Positions 10,652 to 17,839 of a stretch of DNA of 32,000 nt are shown here, one piece after another. The stretch's first letter is position 1. Each line of letters starts with the position of its first letter. Below the pieces are notes generated by a model. The model worked only from the letters and a program-made list of their open reading frames with translations, was not told where the DNA came from and searched no databases. Both the position numbers and the translations under genes were made by a program. This DNA is from Pseudomonadota bacterium. GTDB lineage: Bacteria; Pseudomonadota; Alphaproteobacteria; Caulobacterales; Hyphomonadaceae. The DNA is taken from NCBI GenBank assembly GCA_039817885.1, contig JBCBUY010000003.1, positions 8,465 through 40,464 of the forward strand, read 5' to 3'.

Positions 10652-10674
10652 ATGATCAGACGGATTCTGATCAT
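10652..10674. repeat. Perfect 9-bp inverted repeat ATGATCAGA-N5-TCTGATCAT
   Basis: Read directly from the sequence. It ends 4 nt upstream of the GGGAG RBS of the 10693 gene, and the loop contains GATTC (GANTC). Its function (operator or RNA hairpin) is unknown. Confidence 0.6.
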
Positions 10675-10692
10675 TACCGGGAGTTCTAAACC

Positions 10693-11319
10693 GTGATTGC
10701 ATCAGCAAACAGAAGCGATACGGCCTTCAGCTGGATGACCGGCGCGTTGTTCGTATTGGCAGTTGGTGCTCTTTTTCTTCGCTTTGCGACAAACGATTCC
10801 GCCCAATATCAGCACACTCCATCGTCTCCTTATACGGCTCTGGCGGAAACCTTTGTCGGGGCGGGCAATGTGCGCGTCGGCGATACGGGATCGGGCGACA
10901 TTATTGTTCTTCTGAACACCGATCGCCAGGCTGGGCGGAATGACCCGGCTATCACCCAAGATATAACGGATATGATCGAGGCTATGGCCCCTGGCCGCTC
11001 TGTAACGATCAAAGACGCCCCTTTTTCAAGGACGTCTGCCATATCCTCCGAACCCATCTTCATTCTTGAAATATTGGCACTTATTCTGATGTCCGGTATT
11101 TCCGGCTGGCTGTTCATCGCCCTTCAGAGACGCCGCCAAATGGTCCCGGCGGACGATCCGGTTCCAGCGAACGATATCGTGCCGCGCCCTTCTGCCCTCG
11201 TGACAGCCTTGGCGAAGCCTGCTTCACCCATCGATAAAGCCGCTGATTTTGCTGAGCGCCAACCCGCGCGGACAGCAGATATCATTACGGGGTGGCTGAG
11301 TGATGAGGACAAACGCTGA
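10693..11319 (+). CDS. Miniature FliF-like protein (208 aa; 2 TM, single RBM3-like core, FliG-binding C-terminus)
   Basis: GTG start with GGGAG 9 nt upstream and an in-frame TAA two codons before it. TM1 is about residues 13-32 and TM2 about 121-144. FliF-like segments: VGAGNVRV, GDIIVLLN, RSVTIKDAPFS just before TM2, and the C-terminal ADIITGWLSDEDKR. Its stop overlaps the fliG ATG (TGATG). Confidence 0.7.
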   Translation: MIASANRSDTAFSWMTGALFVLAVGALFLRFATNDSAQYQHTPSSPYTALAETFVGAGNVRVGDTGSGDIIVLLNTDRQAGRNDPAITQDITDMIEAMAPGRSVTIKDAPFSRTSAISSEPIFILEILALILMSGISGWLFIALQRRRQMVPADDPVPANDIVPRPSALVTALAKPASPIDKAADFAERQPARTADIITGWLSDEDKR

Positions 11320-12239
11320 TGGGACTGCCAGCAACGGCAAACAAGGCAACCGCTGACGGCATATTGCGGTCAGCGCGACTTTTACGTGCCCTTGGTCCAC
11401 GCGCTGCTGAGGTGTGGGCCGAATTGCCGCCTCAAGATGCCGAGCGTATCCATCACGTGCTCGAAACCCTGCCCGAGAATGCGGCTGACGAGGCGCACGC
11501 CGTAAATGCGTTGCTGGATGAGCTTGAGACCGGCCGTGCCCCCAGCGATGCCGGGTCAATCTGGCGAAAACTGGCAACAGTGTCTCGCGAGCAACTCCTG
11601 TCTTTGTTGAAAGATGAACACCCGCAGGTCGTCGCGCTTATCCTCGGCCGGTTAACGCCAACGCAATCTGCTGACATTGTTCGTCATCTTCCGTCTCTTG
11701 TGGCCATAGATGTCCTGCAAAGGATGCTGCATATGAATCCTCCGCACGGTGTGGCCATGGCAGCTATCGAACAGGCTTTGGAAGAGCGTCTCGAGCGGTT
11801 CGATGACCGGATCGAAATGCGTGAGACCAGTCTGGCGCGCATATTTGATGAATTGGACCCGGAGGCGAGTAAGACGCTCCTGTCCGCCCTCCAAACGGCA
11901 GAACCCGCTGCCGGCCGCCGTATTCAAACTTTGATGTTTGGTTTCGAAGAGCTCGTAACGCTGCCGGCTGCGGGTATTCAAACGCTTTTGTCACGGCTCG
12001 ACCGTAGAACCCTGACCCTGGCCATGGTTGGTGCAGATGATGGCGTTGCGACGGCGCTCTTCCAAAACATGACGAGCAGAGCGAGAGATGTCCTGAAAGA
12101 GGAGATCGCCGCTCTTGGTGAGATCCATGCGGCAGCAGCCGATGCCGCACGTGCAGATATGACCCGGCTTGCACGCACTTTGATTGCCAGCGGCGATATC
12201 CTCCCCTCCGCATCAGGAACGGAGGATCTCGTAGAATGA
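11319..12239 (+). CDS. fliG: Flagellar motor switch protein FliG (short, 306 aa)
   Basis: EHPQ motif (DEHPQVVALILGRL) and C-terminal domain motifs (LMFGFEELVTL, LAMVGADDGVATALFQNMTSRARDVLKEEI). Start and stop are both coupled to neighbouring genes. Confidence 0.88.
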   Translation: MGLPATANKATADGILRSARLLRALGPRAAEVWAELPPQDAERIHHVLETLPENAADEAHAVNALLDELETGRAPSDAGSIWRKLATVSREQLLSLLKDEHPQVVALILGRLTPTQSADIVRHLPSLVAIDVLQRMLHMNPPHGVAMAAIEQALEERLERFDDRIEMRETSLARIFDELDPEASKTLLSALQTAEPAAGRRIQTLMFGFEELVTLPAAGIQTLLSRLDRRTLTLAMVGADDGVATALFQNMTSRARDVLKEEIAALGEIHAAAADAARADMTRLARTLIASGDILPSASGTEDLVE

Positions 12240-12628
12240 CCGGACGCAGCATCCAATCCCTCAGAGCGTTTCCATTTTCTCCTGAATTCGAGCCGCCAGG
12301 CACTGCGATTCCGCGTCCCGAGGCTCGCGGTGAGATGGTCTCGCTGCCGGTCGACGAACTGTCCGTTCTGCTAGAGCATGCGCGACAAGAGACGGCTCAA
12401 CTTGTTCACAAAGACTGCGACAAAACTCTGGAAAGACTACAAGAGACCACAATCGGCTTGCAGAAAGCTCTGCAATATATGCTTGAGCTTGCGGACCATC
12501 TCGACCGGGTAAAAATGGAAACCGATGATCGCAGCCGTGCCAGAGCTCTGATGGCCTCCGCTTGTCAGACGATTATCGACGGGCAAGGCGATTTGTTTGC
12601 ATCCTTGCCCGCATCGACGGATCGTTAA
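12236..12628 (+). CDS. FliH/FlbE-position protein, function unverified
   Basis: 130-aa ORF with an ATGA overlap onto fliG. It occupies the slot between fliG and fliN that flbE/fliH holds in Caulobacter-type operons. It has predicted helical segments but no motif I can recognise by eye. Confidence 0.5.
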   Translation: MTGRSIQSLRAFPFSPEFEPPGTAIPRPEARGEMVSLPVDELSVLLEHARQETAQLVHKDCDKTLERLQETTIGLQKALQYMLELADHLDRVKMETDDRSRARALMASACQTIIDGQGDLFASLPASTDR

Positions 12629-12652
12629 CACTTTGTTGCCAATCCTAGGCTG

Positions 12653-12919
12653 ATGAGCGTGCCAGAAAACCCTGCCCTTGCTAAAAGACTGATGGACGTA
12701 CCTGTTCAGGTCGACGTGGTCCTCGGAGAGGCACGAATGGCGATTGAAGACCTTCAATCCATGGCCTCGGGAGATATTGTTGCCCTGGAACGCCGCGCGA
12801 ACGAGCCGGTCGACATTTACGTTTCGGACCGGCTTATGGCGCGCGGCAAACTGGTCATCGCGAACGGCGAACTCGGCGTGACGCTAACTGAAATTATTGA
12901 CGCACCCGCGACAATCTAG
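12653..12919 (+). CDS. fliN: Flagellar motor switch protein FliN (SpoA domain only, 88 aa)
   Basis: SpoA/FliN core VPVQVDVVLGEARMAIEDLQSMASGDIVALERRANEPVDIYVSDRLMARGKLVIANGELGVTLTEII. Confidence 0.88.
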   Translation: MSVPENPALAKRLMDVPVQVDVVLGEARMAIEDLQSMASGDIVALERRANEPVDIYVSDRLMARGKLVIANGELGVTLTEIIDAPATI

Positions 12920-12924
12920 GTTCG

Positions 12925-15027
12925 CTACCAAACCTGAATGCGGTGATCGGGCGAGAGCCATAATGGATCATCTTCCGTGATGTCGAAGGCGGCGTACCAA
13001 CCGTCGACATGGGGCAGTATTCCGTTGACGCGTACCGATGGAGGGCTGTGCGGGTCGGAATAGGCAAAGTCGATGTTCACCGTCGGAAGGCGTTTTGCGC
13101 GGCGCTTCTGCGCATAGCTGATAAAGAATGCCTGGGCGTCATCCTTGGACAGCGTATCGGTTCCACCGGCCGCCCTGGCGAGTTCCAGCGCCCGAAATGC
13201 TATTTCCACACCCGCCAAATCGCTCAGGTTTTCTCCAAGCGTCAGGTCTGTATTCAGCGGAATGCCAGGGACGGCGTCAAACCGAGATAAGTGGTCTGAA
13301 AGTCTGGCCCCTTTGGCATCGAAGCGTGCTTTGTCGTCCTCGTCCCACCAATTCGAGATCTTTCCGCTCGGACCTCGCTTGGCCCCTTGGTCATCAAAAG
13401 CATGGCCGAGTTCATGGCCAATCGTCGTGCCCACCGCACCAAAGTTCACCGCCATGCTGGCCGATGGATTGTAATATGGCGGCTGAAGATATGCGGCCGG
13501 AATAACAATCGCGTTCAAGGTCGGCAGATAATAGGCCCCAACGCTTATGGGTGAGAAGAATATGTCGCTTATGCGTGTCTCGGAGTTCGCCGCCGCCTCG
13601 ATTGGATCTTCCGCCGGCATTTGAAGCCTCGACAATGCCGACCGGTGCCGCAGCTGCTGACGCGAATAAGCGTTGTAAAATGGACTTCCGCGTACTGGAA
13701 CAAATTGCTCGAAATTGTTCCAGCCAGGCGGTTCGCCGACGACCACCTGGATGGCATCGAGCTTCTCAATCGCTCTTTGACGCGTATCATCGCTGAGCCA
13801 ATTGGCATTTTCGATCCGCTCCCGATAGGCCAACAATGTCCAGTCGACGATTTTCTCGACCTCGTGGACGACGCTGTCGCTCAAATACCGCTCGACATAG
13901 GCTTGCCCCACCGGATCGGGCAGCAAATCAGTTGCTACCCGCCGGGCGCGCTGGCGTCTTGTCGGCAAGGCAGGCTCAACGCCGAGGCGGGCTGAGTCAA
14001 ACCGATGGACAATGCGCGCCGTTAGTTCATCAAGATAGGGGCCATAGGTCAGGCTAAACCGCAGGGTCAGATAATCCCGCCAGACGTCGACAGGTGTCGC
14101 GTTAAATGCGGCGATGAGACCCGGCAGCTCCTCTGAAACCCGAACCTGAATGATCGTATCTTCCGTGACACCTCTCGCCGCCAGAAAACGTCGCCAGGGG
14201 AAACCCGGATAGGCGGTGCCGAGATCATCTACCCCAAATACCTGTTCTGCACTGACGGGCTGTCGCCGGGATACCGCGTCGGGATAGAGGGCGGCCAATC
14301 GGCGTTCAAGATCGAGAACCGCGGCCACGCGTTCGGCGGTGTCAGAGCTCCAATCGACACGTTGGAGCAAGCGCTTTAGCTGGGCCTGCGCTCTCTCAAC
14401 TTGGTCGAGCGCCATGGGATCTGAGCGGAGATAGAGCGAGCGTGACTGTAGCAGCAGGTCGGCGGGTTCGATCGAGGCGACGTAGCCCTGCCCTTCTATT
14501 GGGTCCAATCTCAGCGTGATGCTGATCAGTCCGCCGGCATCGAGATTGTAACTGCCGAGTAGGGATGCGACATGGTCGTGGGTCTCAGCGCCCTCGATCA
14601 GCGACAGGAACGGCCCGACTGGCCTTAAGCCAACTTGTCGCCTGCTATTGTGATCAATGTGATTGCGGAAGATCGCAAGGAACTTCGCCTCATTGCTATC
14701 GGACGGCCACCGCGAGCGCCGGATCCTGCGAACGATCTCTTCTGCGCGTTCATCGGTCCGGCTCTTTGCCGTTTCGAGTGCACCGGCCTGCCATTTGCCT
14801 TTCTCAATAGACGTGGTGTCGTACCATGTCCCGTTCGCATGTCTGAAGAAATCGACACCGGGAGGTGTGTCGTGGTCCATGCCGGCCCAATCGATCCCGT
14901 GCAGGGCGCTTGCTTTTTGCGGTGCATCCAGCTGACGCGATGATCCGTCAAAGGACTCATCTGCGGCCGAGTTTGCCATCGCCATGACAAGCATGGCCGA
15001 GATCAGCCCTGCAAGTCGAGAAGTCAT
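12925..15027 (-). CDS. M13 family zinc metallopeptidase (PepO / endothelin-converting-enzyme-like), secreted
   Basis: HExxH (TIGHELGHAFDD), downstream GENLSDLAG motif, C-terminal ...RIQVW, and an N-terminal signal peptide MTSRLAGLISAMLVMAMANSAA. 700 aa. Confidence 0.92.
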   Translation of the reverse strand: MTSRLAGLISAMLVMAMANSAADESFDGSSRQLDAPQKASALHGIDWAGMDHDTPPGVDFFRHANGTWYDTTSIEKGKWQAGALETAKSRTDERAEEIVRRIRRSRWPSDSNEAKFLAIFRNHIDHNSRRQVGLRPVGPFLSLIEGAETHDHVASLLGSYNLDAGGLISITLRLDPIEGQGYVASIEPADLLLQSRSLYLRSDPMALDQVERAQAQLKRLLQRVDWSSDTAERVAAVLDLERRLAALYPDAVSRRQPVSAEQVFGVDDLGTAYPGFPWRRFLAARGVTEDTIIQVRVSEELPGLIAAFNATPVDVWRDYLTLRFSLTYGPYLDELTARIVHRFDSARLGVEPALPTRRQRARRVATDLLPDPVGQAYVERYLSDSVVHEVEKIVDWTLLAYRERIENANWLSDDTRQRAIEKLDAIQVVVGEPPGWNNFEQFVPVRGSPFYNAYSRQQLRHRSALSRLQMPAEDPIEAAANSETRISDIFFSPISVGAYYLPTLNAIVIPAAYLQPPYYNPSASMAVNFGAVGTTIGHELGHAFDDQGAKRGPSGKISNWWDEDDKARFDAKGARLSDHLSRFDAVPGIPLNTDLTLGENLSDLAGVEIAFRALELARAAGGTDTLSKDDAQAFFISYAQKRRAKRLPTVNIDFAYSDPHSPPSVRVNGILPHVDGWYAAFDITEDDPLWLSPDHRIQVW

Positions 15028-15052
15028 GTCTCAGCTCTATCCTCAAAATGGT

Positions 15053-15072
15053 CTCAACTTATATAAGTTGAG
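15053..15072. promoter_or_regulatory. 20-bp perfect palindrome CTCAACTTATATAAGTTGAG
   Basis: Verified base by base to equal its own reverse complement. It starts 26 bp upstream of the M13 peptidase start codon and ends 164 bp upstream of the ctrA ATG. Confidence 0.55.
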
Positions 15073-15156
15073 TGCATCTTGATCTCCAGGACAAATCAAC
15101 TCTCTCTCACAGCAACTGAACTCTTTAGTGTGTGTATTTACGAATTGGTGTGGCCG

Positions 15157-15213
15157 TTAACCTTTCCTAAAGTGTGGTCTCTTAACGTTTGAATGGTTAA
15201 CAGCTCGCCTTAA
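15157..15213 (+). promoter_or_regulatory. Cluster of TTAA(C) CtrA-type half-sites upstream of ctrA
   Basis: GTTAACctttccTAAAG (TTAA-N7-TAAA), then TTAAC at 15182, GTTAAC at 15196 and TTAAA at 15210, all within 80 bp of the ctrA ATG. Only the first pair has canonical 11-bp phasing. Confidence 0.3.
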
Positions 15214-15235
15214 AGGAAACGGTTAGGAGAGGAAC

Positions 15236-15937
15236 ATGCGCGTCCTTCTGATTGAAGACGATACCGCCGTAGCACGCAGCATAGAACTTATGCTCAAGGC
15301 GGCAGGTTTCAATATTTACACGACAGACCTCGGAGAAGAGGGCGTCGATCTGGGGAAAGTCTACGAGTACGACATCATCATCCTCGACCTCTCATTGCCA
15401 GATATCTCAGGCTATGACGTCCTGAAACAGCTTCGAATGGCCCGGATCAACACGCCTGTTTTGATCCTTTCCGGGAACCCGGATATCGAAGCGAAGGTTA
15501 AGACGCTGGGCTACGGCGCTGACGACTATCTCACCAAACCCTTTAACAAGGACGAGCTGATCGCCCGTATTACGGCAATTGTTCGGCGCTCCAAAGGGCA
15601 TGCGGAAAGCGTCATCCGCACGGGCGATATCCTTGTTAATCTTGATGCCAAAACAGTGGAAGTTGACAATGACCGCGTCCACCTGACCGGCAAGGAATAT
15701 CAGATGTTTGAGCTTCTTTCCTTGCGAAAGGGCACGACGCTGACAAAAGAAATGTTCCTCAACCACCTCTATGGCGGCATGGACGAGCCTGAACTCAAGA
15801 TCATCGATGTCTTCATCTGCAAACTGCGCAAAAAGCTCGCGCAGGCGACAGGTGGTGAACACCATATCGAAACGGTATGGGGCCGTGGATACGTACTACG
15901 CGATCCTAAGCCGAAGAAGGAAGCGCAAGCCGCATAG
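15236..15937 (+). CDS. ctrA: Cell-cycle response regulator CtrA (OmpR family)
   Basis: Near-identical over long stretches to Caulobacter CtrA as I recall it: MRVLLIEDD..., receiver Asp in [83 protein letters not shown]. Confidence 0.97.
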   Translation: MRVLLIEDDTAVARSIELMLKAAGFNIYTTDLGEEGVDLGKVYEYDIIILDLSLPDISGYDVLKQLRMARINTPVLILSGNPDIEAKVKTLGYGADDYLTKPFNKDELIARITAIVRRSKGHAESVIRTGDILVNLDAKTVEVDNDRVHLTGKEYQMFELLSLRKGTTLTKEMFLNHLYGGMDEPELKIIDVFICKLRKKLAQATGGEHHIETVWGRGYVLRDPKPKKEAQAA

Positions 15938-15970
15938 GTCGCGCTTCAATATTTTCAGAACAATAGGAAT

Positions 15971-15998
15971 GGGCGCGATATTGGTTCGCGCCTTTTCT
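15971..15998 (+). terminator. Rho-independent terminator after ctrA
   Basis: Stem GGCGCGA / TCGCGCC with a 7-nt loop, followed by TTTTCTGCTTCTT. Confidence 0.6.
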
Positions 15999-16053
15999 GC
16001 TTCTTGTTGGGACAGGGCTTGGTTCGTCAGGCTGCTTGGATCAGCTTGAACTC

Positions 16054-16749
16054 TTAGTCGATCGCTGTCTCAGACACGGAGTCGTCGGCTGGAGCGACAA
16101 CATCTTCTTTTGCTTCTGACTCCGCTGCTGCTCGTCCCCGCGACAGTGTCTTCATAACGCCGTCGTCTTGATCTACGGCTTCGGCCGCTGGCTCGGCGTC
16201 TACAGGCTTCTTCCGTGGGCGGCGCGTGCGAGGTTTAGGCGGATCTGCCGGCGCCTCCTCAGCTTTTGCGTCTGACGTCTCTTCAGCGGCCTCTGTATCA
16301 GCCGACGTTTCCGCGTTGACCTCAGCAGTGGACTGATCATCGCGCTTCCGACGACGGCCCCGACCGCGGGTTTGACGTCCATCGCCGCCATCCTCGGCCG
16401 CGGTTTCTGTGCTTGCTGTATTCGTGTCAGCTGCTGGCCCATCTGCGGCTGCATCCGCCGCAGCACCTTCTTCGGCCGCACCTTGTTGACGCTGATCATC
16501 GCGCGGCTTGTCTTTCGGCTGCATGCCGGCCAAGACGCGGGAGTAATGCTCTGCATGCTGCAGATAGTTCTCTGCGCTGACCCTGTCGCCGGACGACTGG
16601 GCATCCCGCGCATATTGCTGGTACTTATCGAGAATTTGTTGCGCCGACCCACGGATTTTCACGTCGGGGCCGTTGCTCTCGAAATGACGGTTGGGATTGT
16701 TGTTATTTCCGCCGCCCGATCGGCGACCGCGTCCGCGTTGGCGCTTCAT
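16054..16749 (-). CDS. DUF4167 domain protein
   Basis: N-terminal RGRGRRSGGGNNNNPNRHFESNGPDVKIRGSAQQILDKYQQYARDA...AENYLQHAEHY matches DUF4167 as I recall it. The C-terminus is Ala/Asp/Glu-rich and low-complexity. It lies downstream of prmC. Confidence 0.8.
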   Translation of the reverse strand: MKRQRGRGRRSGGGNNNNPNRHFESNGPDVKIRGSAQQILDKYQQYARDAQSSGDRVSAENYLQHAEHYSRVLAGMQPKDKPRDDQRQQGAAEEGAAADAAADGPAADTNTASTETAAEDGGDGRQTRGRGRRRKRDDQSTAEVNAETSADTEAAEETSDAKAEEAPADPPKPRTRRPRKKPVDAEPAAEAVDQDDGVMKTLSRGRAAAESEAKEDVVAPADDSVSETAID

Positions 16750-16955
16750 GATTTCTGATATCCCTGTTCTCGCACCCTATGGGCAAATGTCACCTAAATG
16801 ATGACCAGCAATAACCATGTCCTCTGCACTTATATGGGCAGATACATCTCAACGAAGGTGTTGCATGTTCGGCGGGGCCAATGATTTCCGAGGCCGCAGA
16901 CACCGACTGCTGGTTGCTGTCTACCGCGGACTGTCGGCTTCGCCAAGGCCTAATT

Positions 16956-17825
16956 CTATGATTTTGCAGATGGTGATCGCGCCGACAGAACTCTGTCATG
17001 GCCGGAGAGATCCCGTCGAACAGTTATCTCAAAAAAACCTGCTCGTTCCAGAAGCGAGGCAACCCCCTTTGCTTGATCATAGCCAATCTCCAGCACAATC
17101 GGCGTTCCAGGGCGAAGATGCGTTCGCGCCAAAGATATGATCTCGCGATAGGCCGCAAGGCCATCCTTGCCACCGTCCAGGGCTTCCGTCGGATCATGAT
17201 CGCGGACTTCCGGATCCAGTCCCCCTAGGTCTTCAGATCGAATATAGGGGGGGTTTGAAATCACCAGATCCGCATGGGCCCAGCTTCGCCAGGTCGACCA
17301 GGGATTGAACACTAGCTCCACCCTATCCTGTAGACCAAGGCGCTGGAAGTTCTCGTCTGCAAGCGCTGCCGCGGCCCTACTCTGCTCCACGGCAAGGCCC
17401 CGCACATCGCAGCGTTCGCTCAAAATAGCCGCCAGCAGGCATCCAGACCCTGTGCCGAGATCGGCGACATGAATCCCTTCGCCCTGGGGCAGCAGATCAA
17501 GTGCCTGCTCAACAGCAATTTCAGATTCCGGGCGCGGGACCAATGCGCGGGAGTCACACTTCATACTCAGTCCATAGAATTGCCGGTAGCCGACAATATG
17601 GGCATGGGGCTCCCGCGCGACGCGGCGCTTTAGAAAGGCGACATAGCGCTCGGCAATTCCGGTCTCCGATACTGGGTCCAGTTCGCGTGTTATCAGGTCA
17701 ACCGCAGAACAGTCGGCAGCAAGCGCTAGAAGCAATCGAGCCTCCCGAGCGGGCTGTTCGATACCGGCTCCCTTAAGAAGGCCGACGCCTTGTCGCATCA
17801 GGTCGCGATAGGTGTCTGTCGTCAT
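16956..17825 (-). CDS. prmC: Release factor glutamine N5-methyltransferase
   Basis: SAM motif DLGTGSGC and catalytic NPPY (VISNPPYI). Directly downstream of prfA. Confidence 0.92.
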   Translation of the reverse strand: MTTDTYRDLMRQGVGLLKGAGIEQPAREARLLLALAADCSAVDLITRELDPVSETGIAERYVAFLKRRVAREPHAHIVGYRQFYGLSMKCDSRALVPRPESEIAVEQALDLLPQGEGIHVADLGTGSGCLLAAILSERCDVRGLAVEQSRAAAALADENFQRLGLQDRVELVFNPWSTWRSWAHADLVISNPPYIRSEDLGGLDPEVRDHDPTEALDGGKDGLAAYREIISLARTHLRPGTPIVLEIGYDQAKGVASLLERAGFFEITVRRDLSGHDRVLSARSPSAKS

Positions 17826-17839
17826 CGGGTTTGACGGCC

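Noticed and set aside
10663-10667. GANTC (CcrM) site at the centre of the inverted repeat, as evidence for methylation control
   Set aside because: GANTC is expected about once per 256 bp per strand, so a single occurrence is not evidence. It is mentioned only as context in the finding.
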